Positions 19,462-30,139 of a DNA stretch of 64,000 bases are shown piece after piece. Location of the stretch: positions 38,089-102,088 of the forward strand of contig CAJXSK010000005.1 in assembly GCA_913061075.1 (NCBI GenBank), read 5' to 3'. How positions within the stretch are numbered: the first letter of the stretch is position 1; each line of letters begins with the position of its first letter. The position numbers and the translations under genes are program-made. The stretch is from an uncultured Piscirickettsiaceae bacterium. GTDB lineage: Bacteria > Pseudomonadota > Gammaproteobacteria > Methylococcales > Cycloclasticaceae. The notes under the pieces were generated by a model that saw only the letters and a list, made by a program, of their open reading frames with translations, was not told where the DNA came from and made no database searches.

Positions 19462-20754
19462 ATGTCTAAAGACACGCTAACATTAACCGATAATTCAACC
19501 GGCAACAGTACTGAATTACCTTTATTGCGCGGCTCTCTTGGCAATCCGACGATTGATATTAGTAGCATTCCAAAAGACCTAGACTACTTTACGCATGACC
19601 CTGGATTTGGTGTTACAGCAAGTTGCGAGAGTGATATTACGTTTATTGATGGTGATAAAGGTGTTTTACTTTATAGAGGATACCCAATTGAACAGCTTGC
19701 ATTTAAAAGCGATTATTTGGAAACAGCGTATTTATTGATTCATGGCGAGCTACCAAGCTCGAGCGAGTTAAATGAATTTAAAACCATTATTACCCGCCAT
19801 ACGATGATTAACGAGTCTTTAAAATCATTTTTTAATGGTTTCAGGCATGACGCTCACCCTATGTCTATGATGATGGGTGTGGTTGGATCGTTGGCTGCGT
19901 TTTATCACGAAGGTCTGAACATGAATGATGATGAGCACTTGATGGTTTCTGCTCATCGCCTGATATCTAAATTACCGACGATTGCTGCGGCTTGTTATAA
20001 ACACTCGATTGGCGAGCCAATTGTTTACCCGCGAAATGACCTTGGTTATTGCGAGAATCTAATGCATATGATGTTTGCTGTGCCGTGTGAAGAGTATGTT
20101 GTTAGCCCGACGGCTGCAAAAGCGCTGAACCTTTTGTTTATTTTGCATGCGGATCACGAACAAAATGCCAGTACATCAACGGTAAGACTAGTTGGCAGTA
20201 CAGGTGCAAACCCATTCGCTTGTATTTCTGCTGGTATTGCCGCTCTTTGGGGACCTGCGCATGGTGGGGCGAATGAGGCTGTTTTGGACATGTTAACGGA
20301 GATTGGTTCTGTTGAAAATATTCCTGAGTACCTTGAAAAAGCAAAAGATAAAGATGACCCATTTAAGTTGATGGGCTTTGGGCATAGGGTTTATAAAAAC
20401 TTTGACCCTCGCGCTACGATTATTCGTAAAGTTTGTTATGAAGTGCTGGAAGAGACAGGCATTGAAGACCCTATGTTTGAACTGGCGATGAAGCTTGAAG
20501 AAATAGCACTAAAAGATGAATACTTTGTTAGCCGTAAACTGTATCCAAACGTAGATTTTTATTCTGGGGTTATATATAAAGCGTTGGGTATTCCAGTTAG
20601 TATGTTTACAGTAATGTTTGCTTTGGCAAGAACATCGGGCTGGGTTTCTCACTGGTTAGAAATGATGGCTGACCCGGATGGCCGTATTGGTAGACCTCGC
20701 CAATTGTACAAAGGCCCAGTTTCAAGGGATTACGTGGAACTGTCTGATAGATAG
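19462..20754 (+). CDS. gltA: Citrate synthase (type II)
   Basis: 430 aa with [24 protein letters not shown] and [14 protein letters not shown]. Confidence 0.95.
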   Translation: MSKDTLTLTDNSTGNSTELPLLRGSLGNPTIDISSIPKDLDYFTHDPGFGVTASCESDITFIDGDKGVLLYRGYPIEQLAFKSDYLETAYLLIHGELPSSSELNEFKTIITRHTMINESLKSFFNGFRHDAHPMSMMMGVVGSLAAFYHEGLNMNDDEHLMVSAHRLISKLPTIAAACYKHSIGEPIVYPRNDLGYCENLMHMMFAVPCEEYVVSPTAAKALNLLFILHADHEQNASTSTVRLVGSTGANPFACISAGIAALWGPAHGGANEAVLDMLTEIGSVENIPEYLEKAKDKDDPFKLMGFGHRVYKNFDPRATIIRKVCYEVLEETGIEDPMFELAMKLEEIALKDEYFVSRKLYPNVDFYSGVIYKALGIPVSMFTVMFALARTSGWVSHWLEMMADPDGRIGRPRQLYKGPVSRDYVELSDR

Positions 20755-20770
20755 TACGTTTTATTAAAGT

Positions 20771-20799
20771 AAAAGGCGCACTAATAAGTGCGCTTTTTT
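20771..20799. terminator. Bidirectional rho-independent terminator between convergent gltA and mrcA
   Basis: GCGCAC / GTGCGC stem with loop TAATAA, flanked by an A-run upstream and a T-run downstream. Confidence 0.75.
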
Positions 20800-20818
20800 A
20801 TACCTAAGGGTTATTGGG

Positions 20819-23296
20819 TTAAAACAAATCTTCTATGTTTTGCTGTGAGTCTGCAGAGGAGTTTGAATTGTCGAGCATATTTTGAGGCGCGTATTCTTGC
20901 CTAAACAACTCAAAGATAGCATTTGGATTAGAGGGCTCTGTTTTAAGGCCGGTTTCCGAATCAATTAATACGCTGACAATATCGCTGGGCTGAACCAAAT
21001 TTTGATTAGGTGTGCCTTTCAGCGCTTCACGCATAAAACTAATCCACATAGGTAATGATGCTTTGCCGCCAGTTTCTCGGCTTCCGAGGGAGCGACTGTC
21101 ATCAAACCCGACCCAAGTAACAGCGACTAATGATGGGTTGAAGCCGCTAAACCAGGCGTCTTTTTGATCATTGGTCGTCCCTGTTTTTCCAGCTAAATCT
21201 GTTCTGCCTAGGCTGAGTGCTCGTCGGCCAGTTCCACGCTTTACTACGTCGCGTAATAAAGAATTCATCAAGTAACTTACTTGCGGAGAAAGGACTCTTT
21301 CTGCTTGTCTGGGTAGGGTGTTGTTTTGTTCTAGAGTTAGCGTGTTAGATTCATTGTCAATTAACGGCGTGGTCGTGCTAGGAGAGGGTTGTGGTGGTTC
21401 GCTGTTTTGTAAGCAAGAGGTACACGCATGAAGTGGGTTTGCTTTAAATAATGCTTCACCTGCAAATGACTCAATTCGCTCGATGAAATAAGGCTCAACT
21501 TTAAATCCGCCATTAGCAAAAACTGAATATACGGTGGCCATTTTGTAGGGGTTTGCGTTACCACTGCCCAGGGCTAGAGATAAGTTCTTTGGTAGGTCAG
21601 CTGGTTGCAGTGAAAATTTATTGGCGAACTGTCTGACGTATTTAACGCCAACATCTCTGAGGATTCTAATGGATACGAGATTGCGAGAATTAATAAGTGC
21701 TTCACGTAACCTGGTGGGGCCATAGAATTTTCCGCTATAGTTTTCAGGGCGCCACTGCTCTTCTAGGCCGGCATCATTAAAAACAACAGGTGCATCGTTA
21801 ATGAGTGTTGCCGCCGTATAGCCCTTTGTTAAAGCAGAAGAATATAAGACCGGCTTAAACCCCGACCCTGGTTGCCTATTGGCCTGATATGCACGATTGA
21901 ATTTACTATGGTAATAATCGTAACCGCCTGTTAGCGCTAGAATGCCACCATTTTGAGGATCCATCGCGACTAAAGCACCAGCAGCTTGTGGCACTTGAGA
22001 TAATTCAAAACGGTTTAAAACAGGGTTAAGGCGTAGACGAATAATGTCGCCAACTTTTAGTATATCAGTAACTTTTTTGGGCGATTTCCCCATTCTTTTT
22101 TCATCTATGTAGGGCCTCGCCCAGCTTAGCTCGCCCCATTCGATGATGTGTTCTTGTCGGTCTTTGTTTAGCGTCGTGATGGTTTGAGGTGATACTGTTG
22201 TGACAACGGCTGGAAACGTTTCGCCAACGTTCTTAAATTTGGATAATGCGGCAGATACGATTGCTACAGAATTAACCTCGCTTTTATCAATATGCCCTAG
22301 AACACCTCTGTAGCCATGGCGTTTGTCGTAATCATGTAGGGCGCTTTTAATGGCAAGGTTTGCTGCATCTTGTTTGCTGCTATCAATCGTTGTGTAAACA
22401 TTCATGCCAGACGTATAAATTTCGCTTCCATACAATGCGTACATTTCATCTCGCACCATTTCAGCAATATAAGGCGCTTGAAGTTCAATCGAGTTGGTGT
22501 TTAATTCTGCAGTAACTGGTTCGGCGAGCGCTTCATCTAGCTCAGGTTGGTCTATATAGTTAAGGTGGTGTAATCGGCCTAAGATATAGTCACGCCGAAT
22601 TTTTGCTCTATTTGGATTGGACAAAGGGTTATAGGCGGAAGGTGCTTTGGGTAGCCCCGCTATCATGGCTTGTTGCGCTAAGGACAGTTCGTTTAAATTT
22701 TTGCCATAATACACTTGCGCTGCTGCTGCAATACCATATGACCGGTGGCCTAAATAAATTTTATTTAAATAAAGCGCGAGAATCTCTTGCTTAGATAGCT
22801 CTTGTTCGATGATAAAAGATAATAATATTTCTCGAAATTTTCGAGTGTATGTTTTTTTCTTGGTTAAAAAAAAGTTTCGGGCGACCTGCATGGTTATCGT
22901 ACTGCCGCCCTGTTTTTTTTCGCCAGTTAAAATCAATTGAACAGCTGCTCGTGCTAGACCAACGTAATCAACGCCGCTATGTTGAAAAAAACGGTTATCT
23001 TCAGCTGCTAGAAAAGCATTTATCTGCGTTTTAGGTACATCTTCGTAGGTGATAGGAATGCGTTTTTTTTCACCAAATTGAGCGATAAGTTTATTGTCCT
23101 TGCTCAACACCCTAAGAGGTGTTTGGTATTGAACTTCACGAAGCGATTCAACATCGGGCAAGTCAGGAACAATGAAGAATTTAGTATAGAAAAAAAACAG
23201 CGTGGCTAAGCCAATAAATAACAAGACCACCCATTTGGCTATACTAATTAATATGTTGGTTTTGGTACGAGTTGGCGTTGTGTTATTTTTGTTCAC
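20819..23296 (-). CDS. mrcA: Penicillin-binding protein 1A (bifunctional glycosyltransferase/transpeptidase)
   Basis: GT51 motifs (AAEDNRFFQHSGVD, GGSTITMQVARN) and transpeptidase motifs (SGFKP, SRN, KTGTT). It is divergent from pilM, as in ponA/pilMNOPQ loci. Confidence 0.93.
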   Translation of the reverse strand: MNKNNTTPTRTKTNILISIAKWVVLLFIGLATLFFFYTKFFIVPDLPDVESLREVQYQTPLRVLSKDNKLIAQFGEKKRIPITYEDVPKTQINAFLAAEDNRFFQHSGVDYVGLARAAVQLILTGEKKQGGSTITMQVARNFFLTKKKTYTRKFREILLSFIIEQELSKQEILALYLNKIYLGHRSYGIAAAAQVYYGKNLNELSLAQQAMIAGLPKAPSAYNPLSNPNRAKIRRDYILGRLHHLNYIDQPELDEALAEPVTAELNTNSIELQAPYIAEMVRDEMYALYGSEIYTSGMNVYTTIDSSKQDAANLAIKSALHDYDKRHGYRGVLGHIDKSEVNSVAIVSAALSKFKNVGETFPAVVTTVSPQTITTLNKDRQEHIIEWGELSWARPYIDEKRMGKSPKKVTDILKVGDIIRLRLNPVLNRFELSQVPQAAGALVAMDPQNGGILALTGGYDYYHSKFNRAYQANRQPGSGFKPVLYSSALTKGYTAATLINDAPVVFNDAGLEEQWRPENYSGKFYGPTRLREALINSRNLVSIRILRDVGVKYVRQFANKFSLQPADLPKNLSLALGSGNANPYKMATVYSVFANGGFKVEPYFIERIESFAGEALFKANPLHACTSCLQNSEPPQPSPSTTTPLIDNESNTLTLEQNNTLPRQAERVLSPQVSYLMNSLLRDVVKRGTGRRALSLGRTDLAGKTGTTNDQKDAWFSGFNPSLVAVTWVGFDDSRSLGSRETGGKASLPMWISFMREALKGTPNQNLVQPSDIVSVLIDSETGLKTEPSNPNAIFELFRQEYAPQNMLDNSNSSADSQQNIEDLF

Positions 23297-23536
23297 GTAA
23301 GAGTTTAACTATAAAATGATTGTTTATTGTATGTGTATTGTGAATATAATCACATTAACAAGGGGTGAATTTGTTTTTTTTTAAAAAAACCAAACAAAAT
23401 ATAAACTAAAGCTATACTGTAACAAACTATTGTTAGTTGTTGAATTTTAAGCTTGATTATAGAAATGATTTGTAATCAAATTGACTCATATGAATATCGT
23501 CTATCTTTTTGACGATAGGAAAGAAGGAAAAAAAGG

Positions 23537-24598
23537 ATGTCTTTTTTCAAACGAAGTAACCCAAACGTATTAGGTATAGATATCAGTACGTCAGCTGTAA
23601 AGTTGATTGAGCTGAGCCGACAAGGTTCGAGATACCGTGTAGAGAGCTATGCTGTTAGCGCGCTTCCAGAAAATGCGGTTATTGATAATAATTTTGCGGA
23701 TATAGACGCTATCGGGCAAGCATTAAAAACGGTTGTTGAGCGTTCCGGTACTAAGTTAAGGCAGGCAGCAGTCGCCGTCACAGGCTCAGCTGTTATCACA
23801 AAGGTGATAGCCATACCTAGGCCAGAAAACGACGATGAACTTGTTGGCCAAGTGGAAATGTTAGCAGATCAATACATTCCTTATGCATTAGACGAGGTCA
23901 ACCTTGACTTTAATGTGATTGGCGATAATGAAAGCAACCGGGACATGGTCGATGTGCAGCTCGCCGCATCTAGAAGAGAAAATATCGATGATAGAGTCGC
24001 TGCGTTAGAGATAGCGGGTTTAAAATCAAAGATAATTGATGTTGAGGCTTATGCTTTAGAAAATGCCTACGGGTTACTAACGGATGCGTTGCCAGATTAT
24101 GGACCAGATGCAACCATAGCCATTGCGGATACTGGCTCCAGCGTAACGACACTTAATATAGTACATAAAAATAAAGTGGTGTATTCTCGCGAACAAGGTT
24201 TTGGCGGGAAGCAGTTAACAGAAGAAATTCAGCGCAGATACGGATTGTCATATGAAGAGGCTGGTATGGCTAAAAAACATGGCGGCTTGCCAGATAATTA
24301 CATAAGTGAAGTGTTAGACCCCTTTAAAGATGTTATGAGTCAACAAATTGGCCGATCATTACAATTCTTTTTTTCTTCTAGTTCTCAGCATAATGTGGAT
24401 CAAATCATATTGGCAGGTGGCTCATCATCGTTGCCTGGTATTGAGTCGTTAATCGAGGAAAAACTGAGTACGCCAACAACTATCGCCAATCCGTTTGCAC
24501 AAATGACGTTGGCTGGAAAAATAAAAGCACAGGCATTAAGTAATGATGCGCCAGCAATGATGATTGCAACTGGGCTTGCATTAAGGAGTTTTGATTAA
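23537..24598 (+). CDS. pilM: Type IV pilus assembly protein PilM (actin-like ATPase fold)
   Basis: 353 aa. N-terminus LGIDISTSAVKLIEL. It is the first gene of a pilMNOPQ array with overlapping stop and start codons. Confidence 0.92.
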   Translation: MSFFKRSNPNVLGIDISTSAVKLIELSRQGSRYRVESYAVSALPENAVIDNNFADIDAIGQALKTVVERSGTKLRQAAVAVTGSAVITKVIAIPRPENDDELVGQVEMLADQYIPYALDEVNLDFNVIGDNESNRDMVDVQLAASRRENIDDRVAALEIAGLKSKIIDVEAYALENAYGLLTDALPDYGPDATIAIADTGSSVTTLNIVHKNKVVYSREQGFGGKQLTEEIQRRYGLSYEEAGMAKKHGGLPDNYISEVLDPFKDVMSQQIGRSLQFFFSSSSQHNVDQIILAGGSSSLPGIESLIEEKLSTPTTIANPFAQMTLAGKIKAQALSNDAPAMMIATGLALRSFD

Positions 24599-25152
24599 TG
24601 GCTAAAATTAACTTATTGCCTTGGCGGGAAGAGTTACGCCAAGAGCGCCAAAATGATTTTCTTATTATGCTTGGGATTGGGCTAGTCGTTGCAGCTGTTC
24701 TCATGATTGTTGTTCATGTAACCATAAGTAGCATGACTGAAAACCAGCAAAACAGAAATCAATACTTGCAGCGTGAAATAGCTGTTTTTGATAAGAAGAT
24801 TAAAGAAATTAAAGCGTTAGAAAAAACCAAGCGGCAATTGATTTCACGTATGGAAGTTATTCAGAGGCTGCAAAGTAGCCGCCCAGAGGTTGTTCATATG
24901 TTTGATCAATTAGCTCATACGGTTCCTGAAGGGGTCTATTTGACGAAATTTTCACAAAAAGGTAAGGCGCTTAGTATTAATGGTAATGCGCAATCTAATA
25001 CGCGAGTTTCTGCTTATATGAGGAGTTTAGAGAAATCACCTTGGCTAAAAGGGGCAGACTTAAATGCAATTAAAGCAAAAGGCACAGATGTTAATGGCTT
25101 TACGTTAAGGGTCTCTCAAGAGAAAAGTAAAAGTTCCAAGGAGGGAAAATAA
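24598..25152 (+). CDS. pilN: Type IV pilus alignment protein PilN
   Basis: The INLLPWRE N-terminus, a single TM helix and a coiled coil. TAATG overlap with pilM. Confidence 0.9.
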   Translation: MAKINLLPWREELRQERQNDFLIMLGIGLVVAAVLMIVVHVTISSMTENQQNRNQYLQREIAVFDKKIKEIKALEKTKRQLISRMEVIQRLQSSRPEVVHMFDQLAHTVPEGVYLTKFSQKGKALSINGNAQSNTRVSAYMRSLEKSPWLKGADLNAIKAKGTDVNGFTLRVSQEKSKSSKEGK

Positions 25153-25153
25153 T

Positions 25154-25735
25154 ATGAAGCTTGACGAGATTAATTGGGATTTTAATGAGGCAGGTAATTG
25201 GCCAACACCAATCAAGGCTGGGGCTATTGTTTTATCTTGTATATTGTTAATAGCTGCTTGGGTATATTTTGACACATTGGATCAGAAAGACGTTTTGGAG
25301 GCTGAGGAAGTAAAAGAGTTGTCTTTAAAGAAGTCATTTGAAGTAAAGCAACAAAAGGCAGCGAACCTTGATCCTTACAAAAAACAACTGGTAGAGATGA
25401 GAGAACAATTTGGGGCTATGTTGCAACAGCTCCCAAATAAAACTGAAGTAGCAGAGCTTTTAGTGGATGTGTCTCAAGCTGGACTGGCTAGCGGTTTGGA
25501 GTTCACATTGTTTCAACCGATGGGAGAAGGTAAAAGAGACTTTTACGCTGAAAAACCGATAAAAATTTCTGTTAAAGGTACTTACCATGAGTTTGGAGAA
25601 TTTGTGAGTAACCTTGCAGCCTTGCCAAGAATTGTTACGTTGCATAATGTTGCATTAACACCTAGTAAAGGCGGTGAAATGACGATGAGTGCATTAGCGA
25701 AAACATATCGCTATTTGGATGAGGGCGAAAAATGA
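25154..25735 (+). CDS. pilO: Type IV pilus alignment protein PilO
   Basis: Bitopic protein with a coiled coil and a C-terminal ferredoxin-like domain (YHEFGEFVSNLAALPRIVTLHN). Operon position supports the call. Confidence 0.88.
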   Translation: MKLDEINWDFNEAGNWPTPIKAGAIVLSCILLIAAWVYFDTLDQKDVLEAEEVKELSLKKSFEVKQQKAANLDPYKKQLVEMREQFGAMLQQLPNKTEVAELLVDVSQAGLASGLEFTLFQPMGEGKRDFYAEKPIKISVKGTYHEFGEFVSNLAALPRIVTLHNVALTPSKGGEMTMSALAKTYRYLDEGEK

Positions 25736-26271
25736 ACGTTAAATATATAAACCGTTTTTTGTGGTTGCCGATCGTTATGGGATTATCTGTAGCGTCTTCA
25801 GGTTGTGTTAGTGATAAATTCGATGATTTAGAGGCTTACGTTGCGAAGGTAAAGCAAAAAAAAGCGGAACCTATTGAGCCGTTACCGGTTATTAAAACGT
25901 ACGAAGCATTTAGTTATGACGCTGAGGGGTTGCGAAACCCATTTGAACCGGTTGAAGAGCCGCAATCCATAGCTGCAGTGGAAGAAGGTATAGGCCCCGG
26001 GCCTGATATTGATCGCTCTAAAGAAGAGTTAGAAGCTTACCCTTTGGATACACTCAGAATGGTGGGTACGTTAGCAAAAGGTGGGCAGCTCTGGGGGTTG
26101 ATTCGAGCCAATGACGGCGTTATCCACCGTGTACAGCCCGGTAATTATCTAGGACAGAATTTCGGTAAAATTAGCGAAATATCTGATGTGCAAATTAATT
26201 TAGATGAATTTATTGCAACGTCAGCAGGACGCTGGCGAGAGCGCCAAGCGTCGTTGGCGATAGCAGAATAA
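25732..26271 (+). CDS. pilP: Type IV pilus lipoprotein PilP
   Basis: Lipobox SSGC, a conserved RNPFEP segment and a beta-sandwich C-terminus. Operon position supports the call. Confidence 0.88.
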   Translation: MNVKYINRFLWLPIVMGLSVASSGCVSDKFDDLEAYVAKVKQKKAEPIEPLPVIKTYEAFSYDAEGLRNPFEPVEEPQSIAAVEEGIGPGPDIDRSKEELEAYPLDTLRMVGTLAKGGQLWGLIRANDGVIHRVQPGNYLGQNFGKISEISDVQINLDEFIATSAGRWRERQASLAIAE

Positions 26272-28409
26272 TGTGGATGGGGAAGAAAATGAACAATGCA
26301 AACAAGGAAAAACTGATGGATAAGCAAGTGCATAAGCAAACAAATATGGTGTTATGGAGCATTGCGTTAATATGTTTAATGTTCACTCAAATGGTTTTTG
26401 CGCAAGCGACAAACTTAAACCAAATCCATTTCGCAGGTTTAGAAGGTAATAAAGTTCAAGTTGAGCTGGCATTAGACGGTGAGCCCGGTTTATTGAAGAG
26501 CTTTAGTACGGACAATCCAGCAAGAATCGCCATTGATTTGCCTGGCATTGCAAATAATGCAGGAAAAAAATCAATACCTATTAATATTGGTAAAGCGTTG
26601 AGCATCAGGGCCGTACAGGCAGGTGACAGAACGCGGGTTGTTTTAAATTTAAGTGAGTCAGTTCCTTATTCAACAAAAATAGAAGGGAACAGTGTATTCA
26701 TTACATTGAATAGAACAGAGGCTCTTAAAAAAGCGACTTCTTCAGCGGTAGCGGTTGCGCCTTCAACAAGTAATAACGCCTTAGCTGTACAAAATGTAGA
26801 CTTTAGGCGCGGTGAAAAGGGTGAAGGTCGCGTGTTAGTTAGTTTAAACAGTGCTAGTGCAGTAGTAGATGTTGAAGAACAAGGCGGTAAAATCATAGTC
26901 GATATTAAGGGTGCTCAGTTACCAGCAGAATTTGCTAACCGATTGGATGTGTTGGATTTTGCAACGCCTGTCAAAACGGTGGATGTTAAATCGCAAGGTG
27001 ATAATGCTCGTTTAACAATAACGCCAGTCGGGCTATATGAGTTTTTGTCTTACCAAATGGATGGTTTGTTGACGCTAGAATTTAAACCATTAACCAGACA
27101 AGAAAAAGCGACGCTAATTGCAGAAAAGAACCAATACACAGGTGAAAAACTATCGTTGAACTTCCAAAGTATTGAGGTTCGTTCGGTACTTCAGTTGTTA
27201 GCAGACTTTACTGATATGAATCTAGTAACCAGTGATTCGGTTGGTGGAAGTGTAACGCTGCGTTTAAACAACGTCCCTTGGGATCAAGCGCTTGAAATCA
27301 TTTTAAAGAGCAAAGGGTTAGATAAGCGCGTATCTGGCAATGTATTGATGGTTGGACCTATTGCGGAAATAGCGGCTCAAGAGAAACTAGAGCTAGAAGC
27401 TAAAAAACAAGTGAAAGAGCTGTCGCCTTTGGTGTCAGAATTTATTGAGATCAATTATGCAAAAGCGGCCGATATTGCGACTCTTTTGCAGTCATCTGAT
27501 AATACACTTTTATCTGCTAGGGGCGGTGTGACCATTGATCAAAGAACAAACACATTGTTGGTTCAAGAAACGGTTGAGAAACTGATTGAAATAAGAAAAA
27601 TCATCCTAAGATTGGATAAACCAGTTCGTCAAGTGATGATTGAATCACGTATTGTAATTGCCAATGATGACTTTACACGTGATCTAGGTGTTAGGTTTGG
27701 CTTGTCAGGTGTAGATGTAAGCCCTGATAGCGTTGTCTTAGGCGCGGGTGGTTTACCAGGAAACGTCTCACCAGGCGGTGCGGGCCCTATATTTACAACG
27801 GCTGGAGGCACAACAGAAAACTTATTGGTAGATTTGCCTGCAAACAACCCAGCTGGCGCAATACAATTCTTAGTAGGTAAAATCGGCAGTGCTGTCTTAC
27901 AACTTGAATTATCTGCTCTGCAAACAGAGGCAAAAGGCGAGGTTATTTCTAGCCCAAGAGTTATCACTGCAGATCAATCTGAAGCGATTATTAATCAAGG
28001 TGTAGAAATTCCGTTTCAGGAGGCTTCTTCATCGGGTGCAACAACTACGAGCTTTAAGGAAGCAGAGCTTCGTTTGACGGTTACGCCGCAAATCACACCA
28101 GACGACCATATTAATATGGAGCTTAAAATTGATAAAGATGCGCCAGACTTCTCGAATGTTCAAGCCGGCGGTGTGCCAATTAATACACAAGGTGTTCAGA
28201 CGACGGTCCTAGTTGATAATGGTGATACAGTCATCTTAGGTGGCATCTACGAAAGGTCTAAAGATAAGAGTATTAGAAAAGTACCGTTCTTTGGTGACTT
28301 GCCTGCCGTTGGTGTGTTATTTAAAAAGACGTTTAAGCAGGATAATAGCAGGGAGTTACTGTTCTTCATTACACCTAAGATCTTAAAAGAAGGCAGTGTT
28401 GTAAACTAA
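26271..28409 (+). CDS. pilQ: Type IV pilus secretin PilQ
   Basis: Two AMIN-like N-terminal domains, then N0/N1 domains, then the secretin C-domain (VPFFGDLPAVGVLFK..., ELLFFITPKIL). Its ATG overlaps the pilP stop by 1 nt. Confidence 0.93.
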   Translation: MWMGKKMNNANKEKLMDKQVHKQTNMVLWSIALICLMFTQMVFAQATNLNQIHFAGLEGNKVQVELALDGEPGLLKSFSTDNPARIAIDLPGIANNAGKKSIPINIGKALSIRAVQAGDRTRVVLNLSESVPYSTKIEGNSVFITLNRTEALKKATSSAVAVAPSTSNNALAVQNVDFRRGEKGEGRVLVSLNSASAVVDVEEQGGKIIVDIKGAQLPAEFANRLDVLDFATPVKTVDVKSQGDNARLTITPVGLYEFLSYQMDGLLTLEFKPLTRQEKATLIAEKNQYTGEKLSLNFQSIEVRSVLQLLADFTDMNLVTSDSVGGSVTLRLNNVPWDQALEIILKSKGLDKRVSGNVLMVGPIAEIAAQEKLELEAKKQVKELSPLVSEFIEINYAKAADIATLLQSSDNTLLSARGGVTIDQRTNTLLVQETVEKLIEIRKIILRLDKPVRQVMIESRIVIANDDFTRDLGVRFGLSGVDVSPDSVVLGAGGLPGNVSPGGAGPIFTTAGGTTENLLVDLPANNPAGAIQFLVGKIGSAVLQLELSALQTEAKGEVISSPRVITADQSEAIINQGVEIPFQEASSSGATTTSFKEAELRLTVTPQITPDDHINMELKIDKDAPDFSNVQAGGVPINTQGVQTTVLVDNGDTVILGGIYERSKDKSIRKVPFFGDLPAVGVLFKKTFKQDNSRELLFFITPKILKEGSVVN

Positions 28410-28430
28410 TTCGTTAGTTAAATAAAATAC

Positions 28431-28466
28431 AAAAAAAGGCAGAGGTTATCCTCTGCCTTTTTTTGT
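28431..28466 (+). terminator. Rho-independent terminator after pilQ
   Basis: AGGCAGAGG / CCTCTGCCT perfect 9-bp stem with loop TTAT, an A-run before and a T7 run after. Confidence 0.8.
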
Positions 28467-28536
28467 ATTAGTCGACAAAGAAAAAACAGATTAAAATTAA
28501 CGGCATGGTATAGTTTTGAAAAAAGTGCGCAGTTAA

Positions 28537-29052
28537 ATGGAACAAAAAAATAATATCTACCTTATTGGTCCGATGGCGGCGGGTAAGTCGACTATTGGTA
28601 GGTTATTAGCGAATAAATTAAAGCGACAGTTTCTTGATACAGATCAAGAGATTATCAAGTGCACAGGCGTTGAGATTTCGCTAATATTTGAGCTGGAAGG
28701 TGAAGATGGGTTCCGAAAGCGTGAGACTGAAAAAATAAGCAAATTGTCTGAATTGGATAATGTCGTTATTGCAACGGGTGGTGGGGCGGTGTTACGCGAA
28801 GAGAACCAGAAGATACTTCGACGAACCGGAAAAATTATTTATTTAACCTGTTCGGTAGAGCAACAGCTTAACCGTACCCGTTCTGATACAAAAAGGCCCT
28901 TGCTTCAAACGAAAAACCCTCGTCAAAAGTTAGAACAAATAATGACGGAGCGGGCGCCGATATATAACTCGTTAGCGGATATAACAGTTAGTACGGAAAG
29001 AATTAATAGTAAACGTATAATGTCTGCAATTATGGAACAGTTAACGTTATGA
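28537..29052 (+). CDS. aroK: Shikimate kinase
   Basis: P-loop [15 protein letters not shown], and GGGAV. Confidence 0.93.
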   Translation: MEQKNNIYLIGPMAAGKSTIGRLLANKLKRQFLDTDQEIIKCTGVEISLIFELEGEDGFRKRETEKISKLSELDNVVIATGGGAVLREENQKILRRTGKIIYLTCSVEQQLNRTRSDTKRPLLQTKNPRQKLEQIMTERAPIYNSLADITVSTERINSKRIMSAIMEQLTL

Positions 29053-30134
29053 CGACGCAATTAACCGTTAGTTTGGGCAGTAGAAGCTACCCTATTTTTA
29101 TCGATGAAAGTCTATTAGATACTAAGAGTATCTTTGATAAATATATTAGTGGTCAGCAGGTTTTAATTATTACAAACGAAACCATTGCACCACACTACTT
29201 AGAAACAGTAATAAGCCTTTTTTCTTCAAAGTTTAAGGTTTCAAGTTGTGTGCTACCAGATGGCGAAGAATATAAAACGTTAACGTATCTTAATAAAATA
29301 TTTGATGCCTTGCTTGAAGGGCGGTTTAATCGCAGTGTTACATTAGTCGCTTTAGGTGGCGGCGTTATTGGCGATATGACAGGGTTTGCTGCTGCAAGTT
29401 ACCAGCGAGGCGTTAATTTTATTCAAATCCCTACGACGTTACTGTCGCAAGTTGATTCGTCTGTTGGCGGAAAGACAGGTGTAAATCACCCTCTGGGTAA
29501 AAACATGATTGGGGCGTTTTATCAGCCTAAGTGCGTAGTGATTGATACAGCAACGTTATCAACGCTCCCAGATAAAGAGTTAAGCGCAGGGCTGGCTGAA
29601 GTCATTAAATACGGCGCAATTTGCGATGCAGGTTTTTTTGGATGGTTAGAAGAAAACATGAGTGCATTGTTGAGGAGAGACTCTCAAGCCTTAACATATG
29701 CGATTAAGACATCTTGTGAGAAAAAAGCCGACATTGTTGCGCAAGACGAAAAAGAATCAGGTATTCGAGCAACCCTTAATTTTGGGCATACCTTTGGCCA
29801 CGCTATTGAAGCACATATGGGTTATGGTAAATGGTTGCATGGTGAGGCGGTAGCCGCGGGAATGTGTATGGCGGCCGAATTATCATTTATTTTAGGGTGG
29901 TTATCGGAAAGCGAGAAACAACGAATTAAGCAGCTGTGTAAAAAAGCAGGTCTACCCGTTCACAAGCCTAGTCATATGAAAGCAGATGACTTTATTCGCT
30001 ATATGCAGTCGGATAAAAAAAATGTGTCCAGTGAGATACGTTTTGTTTTGCTAAAAAGTATAGGCGAATCAGTGTTGTTTGATGGGGTCGATGACGCATC
30101 ATTAAGACTTGCTATAGAGAGAAGTCAGGAATAA
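29049..30134 (+). CDS. aroB: 3-dehydroquinate synthase
   Basis: [22 protein letters not shown] and HGEAVAAGM motifs. It overlaps the aroK stop. Confidence 0.93.
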   Translation: MTTQLTVSLGSRSYPIFIDESLLDTKSIFDKYISGQQVLIITNETIAPHYLETVISLFSSKFKVSSCVLPDGEEYKTLTYLNKIFDALLEGRFNRSVTLVALGGGVIGDMTGFAAASYQRGVNFIQIPTTLLSQVDSSVGGKTGVNHPLGKNMIGAFYQPKCVVIDTATLSTLPDKELSAGLAEVIKYGAICDAGFFGWLEENMSALLRRDSQALTYAIKTSCEKKADIVAQDEKESGIRATLNFGHTFGHAIEAHMGYGKWLHGEAVAAGMCMAAELSFILGWLSESEKQRIKQLCKKAGLPVHKPSHMKADDFIRYMQSDKKNVSSEIRFVLLKSIGESVLFDGVDDASLRLAIERSQE

Positions 30135-30139
30135 AGAGT

